From Octopus vulgaris (lineage: Eukaryota): 64,000 nt of DNA. This document shows, in pieces, positions 13,401 through 27,499 of the stretch. Positions within the stretch are counted from its first letter, which is position 1. Each line of letters opens with the position of its first letter. Location of the stretch: assembly GCA_951406725.2 (NCBI GenBank), contig OX597817.1, forward strand, positions 80,290,001 through 80,354,000, written 5' to 3'. A program made the translations under genes and the position numbers. The notes beneath the pieces were generated by a model. It was given only the letters and a program-made list of their open reading frames with translations. It was not told where the DNA came from and did not search any database.

Positions 13401-14840
13401 CTTGTTCTTGTGTGTGTGAAGGCTTAATTTCATCAATTGCGAAAGACTGAATTTCATCAAATGCATGCAGGCTTTGTAATGAGTATCTTGCTCGTCCATG
13501 TAAGCGGGATACTCGATTGCTCAAGTATTGTTCGGGAGTAGGCAGTTGGAGAGACGGTGTTAAAGCCTCACAAATTTGCTCGGAAGATTTCAGGGTCTAC
13601 TCTGCCATCAGAAATGAGATGACATGAAGCTATACTTTCAACATGTGGAAGTGCCTGGCACCTCCATCGTGTCTGTTGTGTACTATTGCTTCACCGTTGG
13701 GCGTTGTTCCAAGAAATATCTGAAAATATTGGAGTACTAGTATTTTGCATCTTGAGCAAGAGACGAGACCTAATATTTAGTAGATATGTCTGCTTCAACT
13801 CCTGTTTCAGTGTTTTCTCGGGGTTCCATTCTGTAACATTGTTTTTCTATAGGCTCCTTGTTCCCATATGGATCACAGAAGACTCGTATAATCGTGGAAT
13901 AGTTGCGAGGGGAAAAAGTTCAGATTATATCGGTTTTGGTTAATGAATTAAACTTTTCATTAATTATCTCTGATTCCCAGGGAATATATACAATATGCGT
14001 TTTTATGAGCAGATTTCTTTAGGATAGCAGGGAAATATTTTCCACTTCTTTATCTATGAGCATTTCGATTTTAAACAAATCCAACGCAGTACCCTTCTAA
14101 AACTCCACTGAACTGTCTACGACTATGATTGCGCATACGTGATTCAGAGCACTTAAGACTGATTTGCACTTTGCGTTGAGTGAAAAATTCTTCATTTTAT
14201 TCTTGGAACCACATGCATCGAAACAATACACCGTGATATTAAATTCGTGCAGGCGCATATCGAAGTTTTTGTTGCATAATTTTTTTCCACCTAATAGATA
14301 AAGTATATTGAAACATCCCGTTAAAACGTTGAGTCTCAACTGCATCTTGTTGACCGTTCGTTGAATATTTACAAACTCGCGGAGCTGAAAAATCGTTTCA
14401 TTTTCGTTCACTAGTTATACAGTACTTACTTCCCTTTCGACGCCCTTATTCATGTTCCTGCATTTTAAGGGAGTCTTTTTTTTATTTTTTATTTATTCAT
14501 TCATTCATTCATTAATTCATATAAAACGTTAACCATTTGCGGAGACATTTTTTAATTCAGATATGCAGTAACAAAACAGTGCCGGCAATGTAAATTTCGC
14601 TTAGAGGAACCTGCAATGTATCTAACCATTCAGGATAAACAGCCTTACGTATAGAAGAAGTTGTAGACTCACTGGAGATTGGCAAATAGACGAAGGAAGT
14701 TTTGAAGCATTCTTCCGTTTCTTAGACGTCGTACTTTGCTTCTGTGCTGGATATGGCTGAATTAATTTCTTCGTGTTTTATATTTCAAATTTTCACGTTC
14801 TTAGTTTACTGAGATACTCTACAACACTTGATCCAGTATT

Positions 14841-14980
14841 TCTTCTTCTTCTTCTTCTTCTTCTTCTTCTTCTTCTTCTTCTTCTTCTTCTTCTTCTTCT
14901 TCTTCTTCTTCTTCTTCTTCTTCTTCTTCTTCTTCTTCTTCTTCTTCTTCTTCTTCTTCTTCTTCTTCTTCTTCTTCTTC
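14841..14980. repeat. Pure (CTT)n tract
   Basis: Read directly from the sequence. Confidence 0.95.
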
Positions 14981-15292
14981 TACTACTACTATCTTTTATG
15001 TTGTCGATTATCAATTTTCTTTTTACACTAGCTCCGTCTGATATTTCTGTTTCTCTAGTCTTTCTATATTAATCTTCTTACTCTCTCTTTCCTATATGCA
15101 TGCACATACATATATACATACATATACACACACAAACATACATGCATATATACATAAATGTATGGGCGTGTGTGTGTATAAACACACACATGTATATATG
15201 TACACATACATTTACATATATATGCACATATATATACATATATATATATACATATATATATATATAATACGTATAAATATGTATATATACAG

Positions 15293-15346
<54 letters not shown>

Positions 15347-15413
15347 GCTTGTGTGTATGTATGCATGCATGTATGTATGTGCGCGCGCACACACACACAC
15401 ATATATACATATT

Positions 15414-15447
<34 letters not shown>

Positions 15448-15482
15448 CATATATACATATATACTTATATACATATATATAC

Positions 15483-15521
<39 letters not shown>

Positions 15522-15526
15522 CATAC

Positions 15527-16074
15527 ACGAGGGCTGATCTATACGTATCTTGGCTGTTTCCATAGTAACGAAGCTAAATCTGTGCCGCTTGGCACATATT
15601 GACCTTCATGTCTACTGTGCATGCGCACTATGTTTCAACGCGCCAGCTCACTTCCACCGCTAACAGCAACACTTAGAAAGAAGGTGTGTAGCGTGAATCG
15701 TGGCATTGACCATGACAGAGAAAGTTGTCATAGCGATACCTTTCCAGAGGCCTACGCAAAGTTGCAGAAAGTGTATGAGTGGTTCAGACATTTCCAAGAT
15801 GGCCGAGAAAATATCGATATTGACGAACTGAGAAAAACATCACAGATGTGCAGCTATGAGGAGAAATCGTCCAATCACCAAGTATGAATTATCAGTTCAG
15901 TCCAGTTATCATTTACGGTTCAGTTCAGTCGATTATCACTAAAGATTAGGGTATGAGACGAGTGTCTGCCAAGTTTGTGCTAGAACTGCTTTCAGCTGAC
16001 CAAAAAGTCACTCGGGTTTCAGTTGCAGAAGATCTTGATTGTATCGAGAACAATGAAAACTTTTGAAAAATTTG
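15527..16074 (+). mobile_element. Mariner-like element, 5' end with decayed transposase N-terminus
   Basis: Starts CGAGGG (mariner TIR-like); encodes VYEWFRHFQDGRENID and LGMRRVSAKFVLELL. Confidence 0.75.
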
Positions 16075-16263
16075 CCTTTGAGCAGGTATCACCAATCTTT
16101 TGGCAAAATTTGATGCAGATTATCTGCTCAACTTTCTATGTCATGGTCAATGAGATGATCACTCCCCACAGAGGTCCTTCGAAGCACTGCTGTAAACAAC
16201 GGAAGTAAGGTAGAGCATTAAAACTTAATGCGCATGCACAGCAGAGTCAATCTGTGCCAAGCG
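16075..16263 (-). mobile_element. Related mariner 5' end in inverted orientation
   Basis: 16129-16263 is a diverged reverse complement of 15586-15727; encodes EQIICIKFCQKIGDTC. Confidence 0.7.
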
Positions 16264-16303
16264 ATGTTGGGGGACGAACACAGACACACAAACATACACA
16301 CAC

Positions 16304-16375
<72 letters not shown>

Positions 16376-16394
16376 ACACACATATATATATTGG

Positions 16395-16688
16395 TCTCTC
16401 CCGTCGTTAGACGACGTATGAGGGGGTCAGCAATTTCTTGCCGAACAACCACACAGATGATTTGTTCATAGTGATCAAATGTTTGTGTTCTCATAAGCTC
16501 ACTCCCTCCATCAAATCGGTATAACTTGTACAGGTGCACCGTGTGCCACATATTAGATTAAATGGTCGCAAAGCAACGTGAAATGAAGTGCTTTGCTCAA
16601 GAACACAACGCAACGACCTGTCTAGGAATCGAACCCATGATCTCGCAATTGTGAGTGCAACACCCAAACCACTTAGCCACGCGCCTTC
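16395..16688 (-). mobile_element. tRNA-derived SINE, head B' with CORE-like block
   Basis: GGCGCGTGGCTAAGTGG...GGTTCGATTCC...GTGTTCTTGAGCAAAGCACTTCATTTCACGTTGC. Confidence 0.75.
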
Positions 16689-16743
16689 GCACACACACAT
16701 ACACACATATATGTAAGCACAAATATGTATTTACACATACATT

Positions 16744-16797
<54 letters not shown>

Positions 16798-16839
16798 CGA
16801 ACACACACACATATATATACACATCTATTTATGCATATA

Positions 16840-16898
<59 letters not shown>

Positions 16899-17794
16899 AT
16901 GTGCTTGAATGTATCAGTATGTATGTATGTATATATGCGCAAGTATACATTGATAGACTAGCGAAGGCATCGATGTGTGCATGTGTGCATGTATATGTTT
17001 TCATATGCGTATGTATCAGTCCCTGTGTTGATGTAGAGAAATACATGTGGGCAGATTTGTACAGGCTGTATGTGCTAAAAATTGAAAGTAATATTGAATT
17101 TATAAGGTTATTAGACGGTAAATAAAGCCATTTAGGAGAGAATTAATTGGTAAAAATGTAAAAAAGATCGAAATGCAGGTAAAAAATTGCAAATAATATT
17201 CTCTGAAAAAAGAAGAATTATAAACCGAAGAAAAATATATCAATGAAATACATGTAAAATATACCGAAAATAAAAGAAAATGGTAAAAGAGAAAGCAATT
17301 TAATAAACCAAAAATTTATATGAATATAGGTAAAAAGGAAAGAAGATAGAAAATTGTTCCTGCAGGTTAAATAACATTGTCTCTTATCTAAATATCTTTT
17401 GTACGAGATATGATATTTATGTGTGTTTCCAAACGTGCTTCTGCCGGCCTGTGTATATGAATGTTTGTTTGTTTGTTTGTGTCTGTATGTGTGTGTATGT
17501 GTGTGTATGTGTGTGGTATATGTGGGTGTCTTAGTGTATGAGTGCATGTGTGTGAGTGTGTGTTGTTGCCAATGAGTGTGTATGAGAATATAGATACGTA
17601 GAGAAGAGATTCAATAAGTTTCGAGGTGATGTGGGTAGGTATGAATACAGGCATGTAAATATGAATAAATGTGTAGAATTGTGTAGAATTCTACGTGTGC
17701 ATCAAGATATATATATATGTGTGTGTGTGTATGTGTGCATGTGTGTGTGTATGTTTGTGTACATATATACATATATACATAGAGAGAGTAAGAG

Positions 17795-17825
<31 letters not shown>

Positions 17826-17878
17826 TAGGCAGACAGTCAGAAAGTGAGTTTCATTGATAGAAAGATATATATATATAT

Positions 17879-17959
<81 letters not shown>

Positions 17960-18015
17960 CAGACACACAGACAGAAAGAAGAAAGACAGACAGACAGACA
18001 GGCAGACAGACAGGC

Positions 18016-18092
<77 letters not shown>

Positions 18093-18601
18093 TGCTTATG
18101 AACACTATGCTATCATGTACTGATTACATTTATATATATACGTGTGTGTGGATGGATAGACGGACAGATGGATGGTTGGACGGATGGAGGGACCGATGAC
18201 TATGAAACGGTTTCTTTGCATATTCCTCATTATATCACCATTTAAATATAACACATATTTGACTGTAAATGTAGACTTTCTGTTGAATTTACGTCTATGA
18301 GAAGGAATTACTATATATCTCTGTACGTTTTTCAACATAAATAGCAATCATTATAGCAGTGAGTATATGTTTACAAATGTATGAATTCATATACATCTAA
18401 ATATATAAGGATATATGTATATATATGCTCGAAATACGTGAGTAGAAAAACAGCCAACAAATGACGAAGGGTCGTCCTGTATGCTGTTTGTCTAGTTTTC
18501 CATTTGTGTCTTTCGTTGTTCGAAAAAATAGTTAATTTTCCATGTATTCGTACTTGGTATTTTTTTGTTGTACTCACCTCGTGATGTCCTGTACCCACAT
18601 A

Positions 18602-18653
<52 letters not shown>

Positions 18654-18769
18654 AGTATGTACATACACGTATGTATATATTCATATATATATATATATAT
18701 ACTACACACACACACACATATATATATATACCAAAATTACATTAAAATATCTTGAAATACTAAAGAATA

Positions 18770-19900
18770 TATTTATTCAGTAAAATTGCCATTGGGATCA
18801 ACCACGACCTGCAGACGACTTCGGAATCTCCTGCAGCTCATCTAGGCAGTCTTCTTGTTTAAGTTGGTGAATGCTGCCATAATCCTTGCCTTCAGGTCAT
18901 CTTTGGTGCTACAAGGAGTTTTGTTGATCTCTCGTTCAACGGCGCCCCACACATAATAATCAAGGGGAGTTGCAGACTGACGGGGTTAGGTGGCTAGATG
19001 TTAGGGGTGATGTGGTCGCAGAAATTGTCTGACAGCCATGACTAGGTTCTCCTTCTTGTGTAGCTTGGAGCAGAGACATTCTGCCAGACATCGTATCTCC
19101 TAGCAGCCACTTTCTTGACCCAGAGCAGTACTACTTTCTCCAGGCACTTGATGTAGGCCTCCGTGTTGAGTGTGAGGCCGTGTGGGCAGAATGGAGGTAT
19201 AACGTCGCCATCACTAGAGATTGCTCCAAATACCATGATGTTGACTGGATGTTTGATCTTTATCACTCTGGGTACATGTTTTGGGGACAGGGCGAGCCAA
19301 TGGCTGTTCTCTGTGTCCACCAACTAATCCAGGCAGAATTTTTTCTTAGACGAGAAAAATCAAAGCATGTTTGGTTGCAGGGAATGCTTGAGTTTGTTCA
19401 AAAGCTTCGTAAAGCGGTTTATCCTCTTGTCCGTGATGGCTTGTGATAAAAATTGTCCCTATCTTATCTTGCATGTGGAATACTGAATGTGTTCATGCAC
19501 TACCTGCCTGATAAGAAACTCAAGCACTCCCATAACTCTGGTGATGCACCTGATTGATTTGGAGGGATCGTTTTCAATCATGGCTTGGATCTCACCAACG
19601 AATCAAGGGGTTCTTTTATTATCAGGAAAATCTGAATGAGTTTTCCGAGCTATCGAACCTTTGTAATCACTATTAAAATCATGTAACTCATTCCGAATCC
19701 TCTGAATTGTCTTCAGATTGACACCCAAATTCTCTGAAATCTTCGTAATGGAGCTGCCTGCCCGAATAACAAGCACTACATCATTTCGTTTCCAAATTAC
19801 TGGTACAGTGAAATGCATCATGGTACTGTTTTTCTCACAGACGGTGCTCAACTGACTCTACTATACTGTGTAGTCGACAACATCAAAGACAAACTAAATT
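18770..19900 (-). pseudogene. Decayed Tc1/mariner transposase, probably DD37D (maT)-type
   Basis: KHPVNIMVFGAISSDG, LNTEAYIKCLEKVVLLW, WQNVSAPSYT, remnants of the WPPNSPD.NPLDY motif, HTH-like N-terminus; TIRs not seen. Confidence 0.8.
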
Positions 19901-19927
19901 AAAAATTATAAGATATATATATATATA

Positions 19928-20280
19928 ATATGAGGGAATATTACTCCAAACTTACAGGGAAAAATTCAATTTAGAAATGCTAAATCAAATTTCACAAAAT
20001 ATAATATATGTATATAAATTACACCATCTAGAAAATTATATATTATAGAAAAATTAAATATAAGATAAAAATATATCGATGATTAAGAAATGTGCAAATA
20101 ATAAATAAAACGTATATATTTTGTAGAATAACGACACGTGTTTCGTGGCTATATTTAAGAAATGATTATAGTAAAAATATTAGTAGTAGTAGTAAAATCA
20201 CTTCAATATAAATATAGCCACTCATCAGGTTAAAGATAACTACAATTAATTATTTTATTATTTTATCATTGCCACGATGA
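19928..20280 (-). mobile_element. Non-coding hammerhead-bearing element (Penelope/retrozyme-like) ending in (TA)n
   Basis: Contains the hammerhead at 20129-20232; the 3' end runs into a TA tract near 19912-19927. Boundaries approximate. Confidence 0.6.
20129..20232 (-). ncRNA. Type I hammerhead ribozyme, canonical core
   Basis: TAAC-CTGATGA-GTGGCTATATTTA...TAAATATAGCCAC-GAAA-C-ACGT-G-TC-GTTA: 4-bp stem I, 13-bp perfect stem II, palindromic stem III, GUC site. Confidence 0.9.
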
Positions 20281-20297
20281 CACATACATAAGATTAA

Positions 20298-20725
20298 GGC
20301 AGCGAGCTGGCAGAAACGTTAGCACGCCGGCAAAATGCTTACCGGTATTTCGTCTGGCGTTACGTTCTGAGTTCAAATTCCGTCGAGGTCGACTTCGCCT
20401 TTCATCCTTCGGGGTCGATAAATTCAGTACCAGTTACGCACTTGGGTCGATGTAATCGACTTAATCCCTTTGTCTGTTCTTGCTTGTCCCCTCCATGTTT
20501 AGCCCCTTGTGGGCAATAAGGAAATAAGAAACGTTAGCATGCCGGGCGAAATGCTTAGCGGTATTTCGTCTGACTTTACGTTCTGAGTTACGATTCCGCC
20601 GAGGTCAACTTTGCCTTTCATCCTTTCGGGGTCGATAAATTAAGTACCAGTTGCGTACTTTCGTGGATCTAATCGACTGGTACCTCACCTAAAATTTCGG
20701 GCCTTATGCCTAGAGTAGAAAAGAG
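20298..20725 (+). mobile_element. SINE family A, dimeric form
   Basis: Same two-unit, two-tail structure as 5979-6388. Confidence 0.85.
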
Positions 20726-20769
20726 ATATCCGTGTGTGTGTGTGTGTGTATGTTTTCTATATATATATA

Positions 20770-20901
20770 GTGTGTGTCGTAAGAAGCTTGCTTCCAAACC
20801 ACGGTTCCAGGTTCAGTCCCACTGTGTGGCACCTTACGCACGTGTCTTCTACTATAGCCTCGGACTAACCAAAGTCTTGTGAGTGAATTTGGTAGACGGA
20901 A

Positions 20902-20934
<33 letters not shown>

Positions 20935-21272
20935 TGTATGTATGTATGTATGTATGTATGTATGTATGTATGTATGTATGTATGTATGTATGTATGTATG
21001 TATGTATGTATGTATGTATGTATGTATGTATGTATGTATGTATGTATGTATGTATGTGTGTGTGTGTGTGTGTGTGTGTATCTGTGTTTGCCCACCATCG
21101 CTTTACAACCGATGTCAGTGTTTAGGTCCCCGCAACGTAGCGGTTCGGTTAAAGACCCGATAAAATAAGTACTAGGGTTACAAAGAAAAAAGTCCTAGGG
21201 TCGATTTGTTCGACTAAAGGCGGAAGGTGCTCCAGCTTGGCCGTTGTCAAACGACTGGAACGAGTAAAAACA
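20770..21272 (+). mobile_element. SINE family C with internal (ATGT)n
   Basis: GGTTCAGTCCC B-box-like motif, CORE-like block, tail GGTGCTCCAGCTTGGCCG...GACTGGAACGAGTAAAA. Confidence 0.85.
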
Positions 21273-21348
21273 TAAAAGAATATATATATATATTTATATT
21301 TATGTTTGCGTGTGAGTGTGCGTTCGTGCGTGTTCATATGTGCGTGTA

Positions 21349-21392
<44 letters not shown>

Positions 21393-21401
21393 TGTGTGTT
21401 C

Positions 21402-21433
<32 letters not shown>

Positions 21434-21891
21434 TATGATGTTTGCTAACAAAAACACATACGAATTTGAATAAATGACAGACACAAGAAATCAATACACG
21501 GACCCCATCAAGTCTAATTTTGTTGCTGTAAAAAGAACTTGGAGTAAATCTCTTGAATCTAGTGTTTCTATTAATCAGATTGTATTATTGTTTGCCAGTA
21601 AACTGTACGCGTAGTTATTTAGTTTTAGCTCGCACTTCATACTTCCTTACCTTTCTTTCTCGTCGTGTGGCTCTTTCAATTCATATGTTTTCTCATATTT
21701 ATGTAATTTGTTTAATATTTGCTTATTTATATATATTTATTTATTTATTTATTTATTTATGGTTAACCATTTCATATCCATTTAATAAAATATATTTCTA
21801 TATGCCAACGTTCTTTTTTGTCTTTCTTTTTTTCTTTGCTTTCATTCTGTCTTCCACTGTGGCAATCTGTCTTCTTATATCTCTCCCTGCT

Positions 21892-21963
<72 letters not shown>

Positions 21964-22033
21964 CTGTCTATCTATCTATCTATCTCTCGATCCATGTATG
22001 TATGTATGTATGTATGTATGTATGTTGCATCTG

Positions 22034-22160
<127 letters not shown>

Positions 22161-22339
22161 GTCTCTCTGTCTCTCTGTCTATCTGTCAATGTATGTGTGT
22201 CTTCTCATACACATATACATACATGTGTGTGTATGTGGGTATATATATATATGACTCAATATATATGTGTGTTTGTGTGTGTGTGTGTGTTTATGTATAT
22301 AGGCATATATATACATATATATATATATGTACATTTATC

Positions 22340-22382
<43 letters not shown>

Positions 22383-22393
22383 CTCTCTCTCTC

Positions 22394-22436
<43 letters not shown>

Positions 22437-23640
22437 ATATATATATTTGTATGTATGTATATGTATGTATATATGAGTAAGTGTACGTGTACTCGAATAT
22501 ATAATTATACATAGATACACAACTGAATATATGTGTGTAATATATAAACACATGTGTTTAAGTATATATATGTATATGGGTGTATGTGTGTAAGTGTACA
22601 TGTGCGTACGTGGGTGTGCATGTACTTGCATGTGTGCGTATATAAGTATATAAATATATAAGCCCACACATGCTCTCACATACATACACGTAGTGATACA
22701 CACACCATGAAATGCATATATAATTAGATATATACTTGCCAAAAGAGAGTGAGTCTAAAACCAAAACAAACCAAACCACACAAAAAATGAACTAACTATA
22801 ATATATATTTAAATGTTTCTATTACTTCCAAATACATTGAGTAAATTGATTTGGTTGGAAATAAAGGGAAGAGAAGGCCATTCTTTGTGCAGGTTCTTTT
22901 TAAGGATTAAGTCGGCTATTTTTTTGAGTTATGCTTTGTGAAGGGTCTTATTTACTTTGCACCAGATGAGACCTCTGTAAGTGCCAACCATGCAAGAGTC
23001 TGTTATTTCATTTTATTTTATTTTGTTGTATTTTATTTTATTTTCATTTTATTTTATTGTAATTTATTTTTCTTTATCCTTGCAGAGTCAGAAACCAAGG
23101 CTCCATCTCATTGTTTAATCTCTTCCCATAGTTATATAGCTGAGGATTAAAACAGCTTCAGATGACCGAGGCAATGCGACATAGTAAGCAGCTCAAAGAG
23201 AAGTCATCTGTCTCTGCATCTTGCTCTCACTCTCTCTCCTTCCTCTTTCCACATTTTCTGTGGAGGCACAGTGACGGGGTTCTTTTTTTTTTCTTTGTCA
23301 TTATATTATAATATTATTTTCATTATTTCAGTTGTGAAAGTGTGGGTGGCTGGGGTCATACATATACGTATTTTATATTTGTGTGTGTGCATATGTGTGT
23401 ATCGCTTTGTGCATATGTACACATATATGTATGTATCTATGTATGTATATATGTATATATATACATATACATACCCACACTTATATACATATATACACAC
23501 ACATGCATGTACATATACACATACATATATATTTACATACATATATATGTATATATATTCATATGTATGTATATATGTGTATATATATGCATCATATATA
23601 TATGCATATATATGTATATATATATATATATAAATGTATG

Positions 23641-23695
<55 letters not shown>

Positions 23696-25312
23696 TTATA
23701 TTGACTTCAATTGGTTTGATTTTAGAAGAATATTAAAAAATTCTCCTGGCAGATTTCTCAGCCGTATTGCTTCCTAAAACAAATAAAAAGGCAAAAATAG
23801 TAACAACTCAAAAAAAGTAAACAATTAAACTAAAAAAAAAAAGAATACTAATAAAAATAATTTTTATAGAAAATGACTATAACACCCCAAAAACAGCAGA
23901 TATAAAATAATAAAATGCAAATAGAAGTTATTGTTCACAGAAAAATATTACAGACCAATATATGGGTTAGGGTAAGGAAGTGAAATTTTGGTTGGAGCAA
24001 ACATAAATGGATGAGATTGGATAAATTGCAAAAGATATGTGGTGAAGCTGACAAGGTATTGTTACAAATGGATAAACCTGAGATTTGCTGGATTCCATAG
24101 AGGAGTAAATGTTGTATAAGCACAGGGGCATATTTCTCTAAAGAAGACCACATTATACTAAAGACAAAAAAAAGGTAAAATATACCAAATGAATCATGAA
24201 CTTCAGGGACACGAAGTAAGGAAGAGATGAATGTGAATGAAGGCGAAAGAGAGTAAGTCTAAAATTGAAGCAAAATTAAGTGAAGTTTCTTATGCCAGGA
24301 ACATAACTACATAAGTTTTTGGTAAGAAGGGTTATTCTACTACATTTAGCTCAATATTTCACTGGACCATGGAAGGATTAAAAGCAAAGTCGATTTCAAT
24401 GGGATTTGAGCACAGAATCTAAATAAAATCTGCAAGTATACACCGCAAGACATTTTGTGTGATGTGCTTAAGTTTCTACCAATGTACAACATCCAGGAAA
24501 AGCAATATAACAAAAATATTGATTTCAGCTTCTATTTTAAAATTGCAAAAGAGAAATATGGGAATTTAATTTGATCTCACCATTGGAATGGTATTATATA
24601 ATATTGAACCCTAAGCCAATAAGCAGACATAATCATTAGTGCATTAGACAAAATGCTTAATACCATTTCTCCTGGCTTTTTATACTTTGAGTTTAAAACC
24701 TTCCAAGGCGAACTTTGCCTCTCATCTTTTCAGATCAATATAATAGGGTACCACTCTAGAACTAGGATCAGTGGTATCAACTACTTCCCCTCCCTTCAAA
24801 ATTGCTGGCATTTGTGCCTATTGCTGGCATTTGTGCCAAAATTAGAAACTATTTTGTTATATCAGCTCCTGAAATTATAGAAAGTAATGATCATCTTTAG
24901 TTGGAATTGAACTGAAAAACAAACTGAAAAACTGTGTTGGAATCAAAATTCAATAACTGATTATTGCAAAACATTTTATCCAAATTTTTTCACATTGTGT
25001 TACATGGCTTTAATGAAAAAAAAAAAGAATTACTTATATTGGCACCAGACCAACGTTTTTAAGTAGTTAATTAAATCAATCCCAGTTCAGGTGATGTAGG
25101 ACACAGAGCTACCATCTTTATCTGATCCAAAATATTGAAGCTATAGAGTGGGATCTTGCCATTTTGGTCCAATACTAACACATGCCAACTTCTTGTCTTG
25201 TAAAATCTCCTGAAACCTTATTATTGTAGTTGTTGATGAACGGGCTTAAGATCAAAATTGATTTAGAAGTCTTTTTCCCAATTTTTGGCTTCTTTCAAAT
25301 ATAGTGTACACA

Positions 25313-25818
25313 ATTGTTGTAACCCCCTTCGGTCATGAATGGCCATGGAATTGCACCTAAAAAGTTACCCTCTGAGGCACAAGTCCAGACTAGGTTTTTT
25401 TATGGAAGACCAGCAGTCGCCCATGCATACCAGCCTCCACTCTCCACACCACCGATGTTATCCAAGGGAAAGGCAAAGGCCGATACAGCTTGGCACCAGT
25501 GATGTCACAACTCAATTATTACCATAAAAGTGGCTGAGCACTCCACAGACACGTGTACACTTAACGTAGTTCTGAGGGAGATTCAGCGTGACACAGAGTG
25601 TGACAGGGCTTGCCCTTTGGAATACATGTACAACAGAAATAGGAAAAAAGAATGAGAGAATGTTGGGGTGAAAGAGTACAGCAGTGTACACCACCACCCC
25701 CTGCCGGAGCCTCATGGAGCTTTAGGTGTTTTCGCTCAATAAACAATCACAATGCCCGGTCTGGGAATCGAAACCGCGATCTAACCTGCTCTAACCACTA
25801 GGCCATTGCACCTCCACA
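25313..25818 (-). mobile_element. tRNA-derived SINE, head B plus long tail, with 10-bp TSD
   Basis: AGTGTACACA at 25303-25312 and 25819-25828; the tail recurs on the plus strand at about 27270-27455. Confidence 0.85.
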
Positions 25819-26554
25819 AGTGTACACAGTAACAGGCCATTAAATCTGTCATTTTAAATACAATAATGGGTAATTTAGGTGAAATGTATCTGTTATTTCT
25901 AATTGGTGAGCCACCCTTTAAAGTTTACCTCTTTATCGTATTGTAAACTTTCAGAATTTGACAAATGTTTACATGGGTAAGAAAAGTGCATGCTGTCAAT
26001 CTATTTCTCTCAATTCCTATGCATGAGTTATTGTGTATACACATCTTTCTATACAAACAGTGTTAGCCAAATACCTAAATATCTATAGATAGGGAATCTA
26101 TACAGTTCTATATTTCTTTGATACAAACCAGTGTTATTACATCAGTAAATTACTAATTATATTATGTAATTGTTATGATTATCTTATGTTCTCTTAGTGT
26201 TATTTATGTATTTTTTGTGTGTGTGTGTGTGTGTGTCTGTCTGTTTGTGCGCGTGTGTAGTTTATGATTCCTACTTCATTCATTGTGAAACTGTTAAAGA
26301 CTTACTGCACGTGTTATATCTGAACTGAGTCAGCTTGTCAGAGACTCATCTTCTCTAACTCCTCAAATCCATTTCTATCTAAGCCACAGCATCACCCCCA
26401 ACACCTGTTTCTAAGTTTGTAATAAGTTATGAATAGTCTTAAGACAAATGAAAGCAGCAGAATATTGAAAATTGATCAGCCCTAATGTGGAGTATAAATT
26501 CCATATTGCCAAATGAACTATGGACATTAATCACACACACCACCCAGGAATAAT

Positions 26555-26790
26555 ATTTATTTCTTTATTGCTCACAAGGGGCTAAACATAGAGGGGACAA
26601 ACAAGGACAGACAAAAGGATTAAATCGATTACATCGACCCCAGTGTGTAACTGGTAGTCATTTAATTGAGCCCAAACGGATGAAAGGCAAAGTCAACCTC
26701 AGTAGATTTGAACTCAGAATGTAATGGCAGATGAGTTACTGCTAAGCATTTCTCCCGGCATGTTAACATTTCTGCCAGCTCACCACCTTA
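26555..26790 (-). mobile_element. SINE family A
   Basis: Reverse complement of the first unit of 5979-6210. Confidence 0.8.
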
Positions 26791-27032
26791 AACCTATGAA
26801 TAATATTGTACTTCCAGTGTCTAAGGTCAAGTCAATGACGTGGCTTCAACTTGGTACTTCAAGCTCCTAGAAATAACAGCTAAATTTCACATCACTTTCT
26901 TAAAAGAAAATGAAGAGAGACTAGGGAAGGTGTATTGACTATTTGTCTGTTGCATCTGTGTTGATCTATGGTGAAATATTGACCCAAACACTGAGGATAT
27001 AAAGTTGTTTTTTTCTTGTTCTCTTAATGCTC

Positions 27033-27069
<37 letters not shown>

Positions 27070-27465
27070 AATGGAAGCATTACCAGAATCTTTGCTCAGA
27101 CCCATGCAAGTTTATGTAAGTGATGTGGTGGATGTTGCATTTCTTTATGCAGTGCTGAATTCGACACTTTCTGTGGATATAATTTGGAGAGAGTGAAGCT
27201 CTAACAAGTTGACTGGCTCCATATACAATATGCACAGAAAGTCTTTGAGATTTCCATGCCTTTCCATATCCTTTGCCTTTCCATAGCTTTGCCTTTCCCT
27301 TGGATAACATTAGAGGTATGTAGAATGGAGGCTAATATACATGGATGACTGCTTGTCTTCCATAAACAACCCTGCCCAGAAAGTTACCCTGCATGTCAGT
27401 ATAACTTTCTAAGTACAACCCTATGGTCATTCGTGACCAAAGAGGGTCTTGACCCTTTTATATAC

Positions 27466-27496
<31 letters not shown>

Positions 27497-27499
<3 letters not shown>

